A DNA stretch of 34,272 nucleotides from a bacterium HR33 (GTDB lineage: Bacteria > Gemmatimonadota > Gemmatimonadetes > Gemmatimonadales > GWC2-71-9): assembly GCA_945889655.1 (NCBI GenBank), contig CAMDCH010000003.1, positions 1 through 34,272 of the forward strand, given 5' to 3'. Shown here piece after piece: positions 1-7,891 of this stretch. The notes under the pieces are model-generated. The model was not told the origin of the DNA, ran no database searches, and saw nothing but the letters and a program-made list of their open reading frames with translations. How positions within the stretch are numbered: the stretch's first letter is position 1; the number at the start of each line of letters is the position of its first letter. The translations under genes and the position numbers were made by a program.

Positions 1-180
1 CTGGCCGTGCCCGGGGAACGCGTGTACGGGATCGGCTTGCTCGGCCCGCACCCAGCCGCGCAACACATTCACGTGACTATCCAGGTCGCGGGCCGCCTGC
101 ATCATCGTGACTCCCCGCTCCCGGACCAACTTAACTGCCTCAAGCATGAACTCCTTCGTATAACGCCGTCGCGTCGCCAT
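1..180 (-). CDS. IS3-family transposase OrfA, N-terminal part (runs off window; absent from ORF track)
   Basis: Manual translation from ATG at 180: MATRRRYTKEFMLEAVKLVRERGVTMMQAARDLDSHVNVLRGWVRAEQADPVHAFPGHGQ, a typical IS3 OrfA helix-turn-helix plus AFPGHG motif. Confidence 0.9.
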   Translation of the reverse strand, partial: MATRRRYTKEFMLEAVKLVRERGVTMMQAARDLDSHVNVLRGWVRAEQADPVHAFPGHGQ

Positions 181-242
181 GCCGTACCTCCGATTCCGAA
201 AGAACACCTAAACATCGTGTCCACGGAACCCGGCGCAGCACA
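1..242 (-). mobile_element. Left end of an IS3-family insertion sequence (continues beyond window start)
   Basis: Minus strand from 242 reads TGTGCTGCGCCGGGTTCCGTGGACAC, resembling IS3/IS51-group inverted repeats (TGAACCGCCCCGGGTT). It is followed by a GGAGG RBS and an OrfA-type HTH transposase start. Confidence 0.9.
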
Positions 243-1373
243 CTGCCGCCCATGCTTGCCGAACGGATCCGTGAACCAGACCTCGGGTCCGTCTTCGTTC
301 CGTACCTCGTTGTAGTTGATGTCAACGGTCCGCGTGGCACCGTCGAACGGCGAGCGCACGTCATCGTACGCCAGTGCGGTGAGCCCGCCGGCTGTTACCC
401 GGGTACACGTTTCGCCCCGCGCGCGCATCCCGTTGGGCAGCGTCTCGAAGCAGATGCTCGCCGGCCGCCCCGTGTTGTCCGCCTGTGATGCATCGAAGTA
501 CCGGCTGGGATAACGCACCTGGAAGTACGGATTGAAGAACGCGATGCCCTTGTCGTCCGCTGTCCGCACCTCGTTGGACGTCTCCCAGCTTTCGTGCAAC
601 GCATCGTCGAAATCCGACGTCTTGCCGGTAGCGACGAAAGCGTGCTGCTCCACGCAGCCGCGGTCGGGGATCGCACGGTGCCCGTTGCCGCGGGGCGAGT
701 TAGCCGGGGTCGCGACGCCGGCATGCACCGTGGAGTCGCGATCGCATGACCGCACAAACTCGCCCGGCTCGCCGATCGCGGACATGAGGGTTACGTCCAT
801 CCGCGTGCCGTCCTTGCAGCGGATGTGATAGACCAGCTCGTGCAGGTTGTTGGTGAAGGCGTCTTTCGAGTGTGTCCCCTGGTGGAGCTTGGTGAGCACG
901 TCACACTTGAGCTCGAGCAGGGCGTTGCCCACCGCGCCCCCGAAATGCAGCGCGATGTCGTTCTGCCACTCGACCTTGTGGCCGACATGGTCCTCCCGGC
1001 GGACGCCGGTGGGATCCCACGTCTCGAGCTGCTCGTTGGCGTAGCCGAACGGGATGTCGCCGACGGCGGCGGCGAGCCGGGAGCCCGACGGGTCCCGTCC
1101 ATGCTCGTGGCCGAAGCTGCACCCAGTCCCGGGATCAACCGGCGGGTGCCACGTCGGATAGAGGCGCTGGTCGGGGCCGACCACGGCGTACTTGTCGTGA
1201 ACTTCCCTGGTGCACGTGTCACCGACGCCTGGCGCCCAGAGTGAGAAGGCGCGGCTCGGCCCGGAGGCTGCGTCGTTCAACGAGTGGCCGACGTCCTTGC
1301 AGGCGGCGAGCTCGATACCGAGCAACACGAAAACCGCCCACGCACTCGGGCGGCGGATGTTGACCCTCATCAT
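243..1373 (-). pseudogene. His/Cys-rich lipoprotein of unknown function, 3' end interrupted by the IS (ORF reads on to 102 inside the IS)
   Basis: Lipobox LAAC; motifs TWHPP, GHEHG, EDHVGHK, LHQGTHS, NNLHE. Host-derived sequence ends ...FGKHGRQ at 243, exactly at the IS terminal TG; the last 46 aa are IS-derived. Confidence 0.8.
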
Positions 1374-1375
1374 GC

Positions 1376-1957
1376 TTATCTCCTGGTGAGGCCGAAGCCG
1401 AGTTGCAGCAGCGTCAGCTGGGCGTTCGTGATATCGGTGCGGTCGTGCTTCAGGTTGGCGAGGAACGACGCCGTGTACGTCGCGAACGGCGTCAGCCGGT
1501 ACCGGCCGGTGAGCGGGACATCGAGGCCCGCCCCCAGGACAATGCCGACGCCGGTCGAGCTGATGGACTCGTCATCATTGGCGGCGCGGTACGTGTTGTA
1601 GCCGAGTCCGCCGAGCAGGTAGTAGTTGCGCAGCCGGCTGGGACGCCAGTAGAGCGTGGGCAGCAACGCGAGCGAGCGGTAGCCGATGTCGTCGGAGTGG
1701 TCGCGCCAGCCCTGGACTTCGAGTCCCAGGTCCAGCCCGGCTTTCACTGGGCGCGCCACGGCCAGGCGCGCGGACCAGCCGCCGTTACGGTTCCCGCGGC
1801 AGATCTCGCACGCCACCTGGTGTGACCCGGTGCCGAGACCCGCGGTAAACCAGAACCCCTTCTGTTGTGCGGACAGCTGCGGTACAAAAACCATCCAGGC
1901 GGCGAACACCGCCGCGGAAACTCCTGCCCAGGGCGAAGGCGAGGGTTTGGTGCGCAT
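1376..1957 (-). CDS. Outer-membrane beta-barrel protein (small, OmpA-like fold) with CxxC loop
   Basis: Signal peptide ending LSA-QQ, alternating amphipathic strands, C-terminal LQLGFGLTRR strand, CEIC after the first strand; GAGGAGG RBS. Confidence 0.7.
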   Translation of the reverse strand: MRTKPSPSPWAGVSAAVFAAWMVFVPQLSAQQKGFWFTAGLGTGSHQVACEICRGNRNGGWSARLAVARPVKAGLDLGLEVQGWRDHSDDIGYRSLALLPTLYWRPSRLRNYYLLGGLGYNTYRAANDDESISSTGVGIVLGAGLDVPLTGRYRLTPFATYTASFLANLKHDRTDITNAQLTLLQLGFGLTRR

Positions 1958-1962
1958 ACGAC

Positions 1963-1989
1963 CTCCTCGAGTTTTTGGGCTGCGAGGAG
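1963..1989 (-). promoter_or_regulatory. Hairpin that would occlude the RBS of the 1957 start
   Basis: CTCCTCG pairs perfectly with CGAGGAG (7 bp, 13-nt loop); the 3' arm is the Shine-Dalgarno sequence. Confidence 0.35.
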
Positions 1990-2053
1990 AGTTACCCTGT
2001 CAGAGTTTGTGGTCGGTGAGGAAAATCACGCTCGCCAGATTGGCAGGTTTGCC

Positions 2054-2521
2054 CTAGTTCCCCCAATCGGGTGGGCAAGCTGCCTCGGTGCGTTCGCGGA
2101 AATAGACCGGTTTTGCGCGGGCGGGAACCAGCACCAGCGACTGCGGATAGTTGGCAACGAATTGCGGGGGGCAGGGTCCCGGGACGACCGACTTGATGTG
2201 CACGTTGACCCGGTCTGCATACTCGATCACCGAGTCCACAACCATTGAATAGCCGGTGCTCGAGGTCCAGCCGCGTGCCACCACGATCACGGTCGACTTC
2301 TGGAAATCAACCGGCGGTGGTGCCTTTCCCTTGCTCCAGGTTTTCCAGAGTCCCAGCCATGCCGCCGAGTCACGGATGACGGTCCGGGCGGATTGCTCGA
2401 TCACGATCCCCCGCGCGTCCACGCTGGTCAGCTCCAGCGCCGCGACCCGCGCTGGCTGTGCCCGGGCCGGTGATACCGCAGAGGCCGCGAGCACGCACGC
2501 GAGGAGCGCTGCACGCGTCAC
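2054..2521 (-). CDS. Secreted protein with PrcB C-terminal-like domain
   Basis: Signal peptide (ARA-Q); PPPVDFQKSTVIVVARGWTSSTGYSMVVDSV matches the PrcB_C pattern. GTG at 2521 overlaps the upstream TGA and has a GGAGGA RBS. Confidence 0.7.
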   Translation of the reverse strand: MTRAALLACVLAASAVSPARAQPARVAALELTSVDARGIVIEQSARTVIRDSAAWLGLWKTWSKGKAPPPVDFQKSTVIVVARGWTSSTGYSMVVDSVIEYADRVNVHIKSVVPGPCPPQFVANYPQSLVLVPARAKPVYFRERTEAACPPDWGN

Positions 2522-2952
2522 GCGTCCTCCGTCCACTCGCGCAGGGCCCGGTTGCGTTCCTCGGCGGCTTTCCCGGTGAAGTATGCGATGGTGACGCCGA
2601 TGGCGATCAGCAGGGGCATGTGGAGCAGGAAGAGCGCGCCCAGGAGCCAGGGAACGGCGCGCCGCCCCGCCTGGCGCGCGACGTACAACTGGTCGTCGAT
2701 CGCCTGGCGTGCCGCGGGGGGAATGATGACGAGCAGTGTGTCGCCCTGGCGCTGAGTCTTGACGCCGATGCTGTCACGCAGGTAGCGGGACAGATCTCGG
2801 CGCAGCGAATCGGGCACCGGCTGGGTCAGGCGCGGGCGCAGCCAGGCGAAAGGCTCCGTGGCCGAGCGGGATGTCATCACGAGAGCGGCATCACCCGCGA
2901 GTTGGCAGCAGGCGGCGACGATCCAGAGCTTGAACAGGGAACGTGGTTGCAT
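2518..2952 (-). CDS. Hypothetical membrane protein (two hydrophobic segments)
   Basis: ATG at 2952 (MQPRSLFK) lies 4 nt after the upstream stop; N- and C-terminal hydrophobic helices; GTGA coupling to the next gene. Confidence 0.6.
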   Translation of the reverse strand: MQPRSLFKLWIVAACCQLAGDAALVMTSRSATEPFAWLRPRLTQPVPDSLRRDLSRYLRDSIGVKTQRQGDTLLVIIPPAARQAIDDQLYVARQAGRRAVPWLLGALFLLHMPLLIAIGVTIAYFTGKAAEERNRALREWTEDA

Positions 2953-2956
2953 GTCT

Positions 2957-3136
2957 CTACCCGCGCGCTGTGACCGGCGAGTTCGTGCCCAGCGCCTGCC
3001 GGATGGCGCGCCGTACATCCGGATGATTCATGATAAACGTATGCCGCGCATCCACGAGCACCGGCGTGTCATCCTGCGACAGGAGCGTCTCGCTGAGCGG
3101 CGTGCACGCCATTCCATGAACCAGCAGCAGACGCAT
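2957..3136 (-). pseudogene. Internally deleted alpha/beta-hydrolase (lipase/esterase-like) remnant, 59 aa, in frame
   Basis: Manual translation MRLLLVHGMACTPLSETLLSQDDTPVLVDARHTFIMNHPDVRRAIRQALGTNSPVTARG*. The N-terminal LLVHG strand is fused directly to the C-terminal SET...HTFIMN His motif, with no GxSxG. Confidence 0.7.
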
Positions 3137-3140
3137 GCGG

Positions 3141-3159
3141 TGAGGCGGTGAACGCCTCA
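3141..3159. other. Perfect 7-bp hairpin overlapping a stop codon
   Basis: TGAGGCG-gtgaa-CGCCTCA; no U-tract, so not called a terminator. Confidence 0.4.
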
Positions 3160-3726
3160 GTTCACCATGCGCGAGCTGCTGCTTTCCAGCGTCCAGCCGC
3201 CCTTCGCGCTGTCCGGTTCCACCAGGTAGTCGATCCGAACGGCGAACAGCATGTCGTCGCCGGGACAGAAATACGTGCGGGTGAGGAGCAGGTCTATGGC
3301 GGTGAACGTGGACCCGAAATCACGCGTTTCCGAAAGGCTGAGATTCATGGTGGCGGTGGTGTCTTCGCAGAGTCCCGAGTCCGTCGGCTGGCAGAGCCGG
3401 TCCACGAGTCCTTGGCGGACGAAGTAGGCGACACTGTCCGGATTGAATGTCCGGCCGAGGCGGATCGGAAGCTGGTATTCCTCGTACGGAATGCGGAGCG
3501 AAGGTGAGAGAGCGAGGATAGCGCGTGAGCTGCTGCTGGGCGGACAGCCCCCCTTCACCCCGGCATCGTTGAGCACCCGGTCCACGTCGCTACGCACCTG
3601 GCCCAGGACCACCGCGTACGGCCCGGAGGAGGACTCCTCGGCCACCGGGTCCGGCAGGAGGTGCGGCTGGGGCGTGCAGGCCAGCACGGCCAGGAAGACC
3701 ACGGCTCTTGGAGATAGGGGGCTCAC
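3157..3726 (-). CDS. Hypothetical lipoprotein
   Basis: GTG start with AGGAG RBS, lipobox VLAC, four further Cys; fills the gap between neighbours. Confidence 0.65.
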   Translation of the reverse strand: MSPLSPRAVVFLAVLACTPQPHLLPDPVAEESSSGPYAVVLGQVRSDVDRVLNDAGVKGGCPPSSSSRAILALSPSLRIPYEEYQLPIRLGRTFNPDSVAYFVRQGLVDRLCQPTDSGLCEDTTATMNLSLSETRDFGSTFTAIDLLLTRTYFCPGDDMLFAVRIDYLVEPDSAKGGWTLESSSSRMVN

Positions 3727-3778
3727 CTGGCCGCTCCTGTTTCGAGTTTAGGGCGTCGCGCTTCGGTGAATATTAGCC

Positions 3779-3841
3779 CTACTCCGAGCGGAGCACCTCC
3801 ACCGGGTCGGACTTGGCTACCCGGGCGGTGCGCCACGCCCC
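3779..3841 (-). pseudogene. 3'-terminal remnant of a MacB/FtsX-type ABC permease gene
   Basis: Translates GAWRTARVAKSDPVEVLRSE*, matching the permease C-terminal signature (compare WPARRAAIMDPITALRYE* of the intact permease at 24234). Confidence 0.65.
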
Positions 3842-3843
3842 AC

Positions 3844-4803
3844 TCAACGCCCGGCGAGCTCCTCCAATGCTCCCTTTACGTAGTTGAAGGTCATCTGCTT
3901 GCGCCACGAGAGGTCGAAGTCCGTGTTGTCCATCGGCTTCGACGGCTTGTAGGCGGCCTCCGCGGCGGCGCGGATCGTCTCGTCATCCAGCCGCGATCCA
4001 ACCAGCGCCTTGGCTGCCTCGGGAACCTCCTGCGGGTGACTGGCGACCGCGCCGAGAACAATGCGTGCGTCCACCACGACATCGCCCTCGCGCTTCACCC
4101 AGGCGGCCACCCCCAGCACGGGAAAATCGAACGACCCTCTTCGCCGCAGCTTCCAGTAGGTCGCGTCCCAGCCGTTCCTGGGAGGGAGCCGGATTTCGAG
4201 CAGGATCTCGTCCGGTTGCTTGGTGAGGTAGTTGATCCCGTCGTTGTGATAGAACCGCGCCGCGGGAACCACCCGTTCTCCGCCGGGGCCGGCGAGCACA
4301 TACTCGGCGCCGATCGCGACCATCACGGGAGCGAGATCGCTCGACTGCACCGCCCAGCATCGCGGAGAGGACGGCGCTACCCAGCAGATGGCTCCGTCTT
4401 TCTTCATGCAGAAGTCGATCGCCTTCCGCCACTCGTAGTTCTGGTTGTAGTAGTTGCAGCGCGTGTCGAGGCAGAGGTTCCCGCCGACGGTCCCCATGTT
4501 ACGGAGCAGGGGCGTGGAGATCAGCTCCGCGGCCCGCGCTACGGCCGGATACTCCGTGCGGATGCGGCCATCGCTCGCGAGAGCCGTGAGCGTCATCCCG
4601 GCGCTGATTCCACTCGTCTTCTTCCCCAACACCTGCGCGAGCGAGATGACGGTGCGCGGCTCCTGGTGCCGCCTCTTCATGTTGGGATAGAGGTCAGTCC
4701 CGCCGGCCACGTACGCTCCCGTGGGCCCGGCATCGCGCATCATGGTCAGCGCTTCCCCGGTCGACGAGGGTTGCAGATAGGTGAACGAGGGCAGGCGGAG
4801 CAT
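3844..4803 (-). CDS. FAD-binding subunit of xanthine-oxidase-family enzyme, 4-hydroxybenzoyl-CoA reductase beta (HcrB)-like, with [4Fe-4S] insert
   Basis: Starts MLRLPSF; AGGTDL, RNMGTVGGNL, Cys insert RCNYYNQ...FCMKKDGAICWVAPSSPRC, SSDLAP, KLRRRGSFDFP. Confidence 0.88.
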   Translation of the reverse strand: MLRLPSFTYLQPSSTGEALTMMRDAGPTGAYVAGGTDLYPNMKRRHQEPRTVISLAQVLGKKTSGISAGMTLTALASDGRIRTEYPAVARAAELISTPLLRNMGTVGGNLCLDTRCNYYNQNYEWRKAIDFCMKKDGAICWVAPSSPRCWAVQSSDLAPVMVAIGAEYVLAGPGGERVVPAARFYHNDGINYLTKQPDEILLEIRLPPRNGWDATYWKLRRRGSFDFPVLGVAAWVKREGDVVVDARIVLGAVASHPQEVPEAAKALVGSRLDDETIRAAAEAAYKPSKPMDNTDFDLSWRKQMTFNYVKGALEELAGR

Positions 4804-4816
4804 CAGGAGCTCGGGC

Positions 4817-5446
4817 TCATTGGCCGAACAGACTGACGCCCAGGCCAGCAGAGAGCGTGAAGTCGTTCTGTAGCCTTGCCGAGAAGTCATCCACCTGCGC
4901 GTTGGAAACATGATCGTCGATGTCGATGCGGAGAGTGAAAGGCCCACCGGCGCGCAGGCGCACGCCGGCACCCACGACACCCAGCACGTCCATCATGCCG
5001 GTATCGATGTTCGACCAGCCGTTCCCGCTCCGCCTGACCATTCCGCCACCTGCAGACAGCGTCAGTACCGCCCGGCGGTCGGGGAACGGCAGTGCAACGA
5101 CTGCTCGAACCGACGAAAAGGTGACCCAGGCGCGGTCGTCGTCGAACCCGCCGCCCGGCGACACCTCCTGGATCAGGTGTGACGGCGAATAAAGGATGGA
5201 CGCTTCGATCCCAAACTTGCTGGCCCACACGGTCGCCCTGCCACCGATGAGCGCGGCGGCCGCCTGGTGGATTCTTGCGTTAAGCACGGTGTTGCCGATC
5301 ACGACCTCGCCGCCGACGAGGTCGGTCGTGGGGAGGTACCCTCCGACGGTCGGCGCGATTTCGAACCGTACCTGTGCCGCCGCACGAGTCCCGACGATGG
5401 CAGATAACGCGATCACCAGCATGAATCGCTTCATCATCACCTCCAC
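4817..5446 (-). CDS. Outer-membrane beta-barrel protein lying inside the molybdoenzyme operon
   Basis: Signal peptide (AAA-Q), amphipathic strands, C-terminal QNDFTLSAGLGVSLF. Confidence 0.7.
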   Translation of the reverse strand: MEVMMKRFMLVIALSAIVGTRAAAQVRFEIAPTVGGYLPTTDLVGGEVVIGNTVLNARIHQAAAALIGGRATVWASKFGIEASILYSPSHLIQEVSPGGGFDDDRAWVTFSSVRAVVALPFPDRRAVLTLSAGGGMVRRSGNGWSNIDTGMMDVLGVVGAGVRLRAGGPFTLRIDIDDHVSNAQVDDFSARLQNDFTLSAGLGVSLFGQ

Positions 5447-5452
5447 GATGGG

Positions 5453-7891
5453 CTAGTGCTGCCGCTCTGCTGGAACTGACCTAACACTGGTCGGGGGTGA
5501 GGACACCTCCCGCCCATCACCGCCCTCCCATGGTGGCGCGACTCGTTGCGGTGCAGGCCAGTTCACGGCTGGGAACGACTTCGGTCCGTAGCGCCCCTCT
5601 TTGCCCTTCGCCTTCTGTTTCAGTGCGAAGAGCACCTTCTCGGGCGTAATCGGAACTTCATCAACCCGCACGCCTACCGCGTCAAATACCGCGTTCGCGA
5701 CCGCGGGCGGAACAGGCAGCAGCGGTCCCTGGCCGACCTCCTTGGCGCCGAACGGACCGTTGGGATCCGGGTCTTCAATGAGATACGTCTCAACGTCGCA
5801 CATCTCGAGCGTCGTCGGGCTCTTGTATTCGAGCATGCTGGGAATCTTGTGCACGAGGTTCGGCTTGCCCCGGTATGCCATCTCCTCCATCAGGGCCTCG
5901 CCGAGTCCCATGTAGATGCTGCCTTCCACCTGGCCGATCACGTTCACCGGGTTGATGCATTGTCCCACATCGTGTGCCACCCAGATCTTCGGCACCCGCA
6001 CGATCCCGCTCTCCGGGTCGACCTCCACCTCCGCCACGGCGGCGCTGTACGAATACGCCGGCGACGGGCCGACCCCCGCGCCCCGATAGCTGCCCGGGCT
6101 CTTCGGCGGCGTGTACGACCCCACCGTGCCAATGGTCCCGTGCGCCGCCTCGGCGAGCTGGACCGCTTCCGCGAAGCTCATGCCTTTGTCGGGATTCTCC
6201 GCGTCGAATACGCGACCACCTGCAAACGTGACCCGATCAGGGGGAATCATCAGTCTCAGCGCAATCACCGGCGCGACAATGTCTCGTGCGCGACTGGCTG
6301 CTTGCAGTGCCGCATTCCCGCTCATCAGCGTCACTCGGCTCGAATAGCTCCCGAGATCGACGGGAGTCAGGTCCGTGTCCGCCGTGACCACCGCGATGTC
6401 GAACGGGTCCACGCCCAGGACCTCGGCTACGATATAGGCCAGGATCGAATCCGATCCCTGCCCGATATCGGTCGAGCCGCAGAAAACCGTGACCCCGCCC
6501 CCGCGGTCGAGCTTCAGCTGCACGCCGGAGTGCGGCATGTTGTTCCAGTAGATCGGCAGCCCCGCGCCGCTGATGTAGCTGGAGCAGGCGATCCCGATTC
6601 CTCGACCATAGGGCAGCCTCCGGAACCGTTCCTTCCAGCGCGATCCCTCGACCACCTTGTCGATGCATGGGCCCAGGCCCATCGATCCCACCCGGAGGTA
6701 GTTGGCCGTGACCGAGTTGGGCTTCACCAGGTGTGATCTGCGCAGATCCGCCGGGTCGATCCGGAGATCTGCGGCAATCTTGTCCAACTGGACCTCGAGC
6801 GCGAAACGCGGCTGCGGCGTGCCGTGCCCGCGCTTGGGACCGCACGGCGGCTTGTTGGTAAAAGCGCGCGCGCCGTCGAACTTGTAGCGCTTCACGTCGT
6901 AGGTGACGGTCTGGAGCGCGCCCGTGTAGTAGGTGCTCGCGACACCGTACGACCCGTACCCGCCGCCATCGAGCAGCGTCCGGAAATGCATCCCGGTGAT
7001 CGCGCCGTCCTTCGTCACGCCCGTCTTCACCCACATCAGCGTGGGGTGACGGCCGCGGTGACAGTAGAAGACCTCTTCCCGTGTCAGCGTGATCTTCACG
7101 GGACGACCCGTGACCATCGCCAGCTTCGCCGCCACGATCTCGTGACTGAAGGGATCGCTCTTGCCGCCGAAGCCGCCGCCGTTGGGACAGGCGATCACCC
7201 GCACCCGCGCCGGCGGAAGCCCCAGGACCTTCGAGAGCGCCCGGTGCACATAGTGCGGCGTCTGGGTGGAGCTCCACAGCGTCACCTTCCCGTTCGCGGA
7301 CCACTCGGCCAGCGCGGCGTGCTGCTCCATGGGAAGGTGCGTGTTGCCTTCGTAGAAGAAGAGATCCTCGCGGACCAGGTGCGCCTCGGTGAATCCCTCT
7401 TCGACGTCGCCAAACTCGAGCGCGATCGTCTTGTGAAGGTTCCCCTCGGGCCCGTAGTCATGAATCCGCGGCTCGGGGTGCTCGAGCGCATCCTCCGGTG
7501 ACATGACCGCCCGGAGCACCTCGTATTTCACGTCAATGAGTTCGGCCGCCGCTGCCGCCGCTTCTTCGCTCGTGGCCGCAACGGCTGCCACCGGGTCGCC
7601 CACGAACCGCACCTTGTCCAGCGCCAGCGCGTGCTCGTCCTGGCTCACCGGCAGGATGCCGAACGGAATCGGCAGGTCCGGGCCGGTCAGCACCGCCTTC
7701 ACGCCCGGTGCCGCGGCCGCCTTCGACGTGTCGATCGAAATGATGCGGGCATGGGCGTGGGGACTGCGTAGCAGTTTTCCGAACAGCATCCGCGGCAGCA
7801 CGATGTCGTCGGCGAACTTCGTGGCGCCCGTGACCTTTGCCACGGCGTCAATCTTCCGGAACGGCTGGCCGATGACCGCCTTCTTTTTCAC
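5453..7891 (-). CDS. Molybdopterin-binding large subunit, xanthine-oxidase family, HcrA-like
   Basis: KVTGATKFADD, RSPHAHA, TQTPH, GGGFGGK, KRGHG, DIGQG, GSYSSRVT, GQVEG, GPFGAKEVGQG. GTG at 7891 overlaps the small-subunit TGA. Confidence 0.92.
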   Translation of the reverse strand: MKKKAVIGQPFRKIDAVAKVTGATKFADDIVLPRMLFGKLLRSPHAHARIISIDTSKAAAAPGVKAVLTGPDLPIPFGILPVSQDEHALALDKVRFVGDPVAAVAATSEEAAAAAAELIDVKYEVLRAVMSPEDALEHPEPRIHDYGPEGNLHKTIALEFGDVEEGFTEAHLVREDLFFYEGNTHLPMEQHAALAEWSANGKVTLWSSTQTPHYVHRALSKVLGLPPARVRVIACPNGGGFGGKSDPFSHEIVAAKLAMVTGRPVKITLTREEVFYCHRGRHPTLMWVKTGVTKDGAITGMHFRTLLDGGGYGSYGVASTYYTGALQTVTYDVKRYKFDGARAFTNKPPCGPKRGHGTPQPRFALEVQLDKIAADLRIDPADLRRSHLVKPNSVTANYLRVGSMGLGPCIDKVVEGSRWKERFRRLPYGRGIGIACSSYISGAGLPIYWNNMPHSGVQLKLDRGGGVTVFCGSTDIGQGSDSILAYIVAEVLGVDPFDIAVVTADTDLTPVDLGSYSSRVTLMSGNAALQAASRARDIVAPVIALRLMIPPDRVTFAGGRVFDAENPDKGMSFAEAVQLAEAAHGTIGTVGSYTPPKSPGSYRGAGVGPSPAYSYSAAVAEVEVDPESGIVRVPKIWVAHDVGQCINPVNVIGQVEGSIYMGLGEALMEEMAYRGKPNLVHKIPSMLEYKSPTTLEMCDVETYLIEDPDPNGPFGAKEVGQGPLLPVPPAVANAVFDAVGVRVDEVPITPEKVLFALKQKAKGKEGRYGPKSFPAVNWPAPQRVAPPWEGGDGREVSSPPTSVRSVPAERQH

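Noticed and set aside
1790-1815. CxxC motifs (barrel, YggX, 65-aa protein) as c-type heme sites
   Set aside because: None is CxxCH.
2000-2056. GGGCAAACC on the minus strand as the start of a c-di-GMP-I riboswitch
   Set aside because: The GAAA-tetraloop stem and downstream GCAAAG/second stem are missing.
2054-3781. Small co-oriented genes as integron cassettes (TAGGGC...GCCCTA inverted pair at about 3749-3781)
   Set aside because: No proper RYYYAAC/GTTRRRY attC pairs, genes overlap or abut, and no integrase is present.
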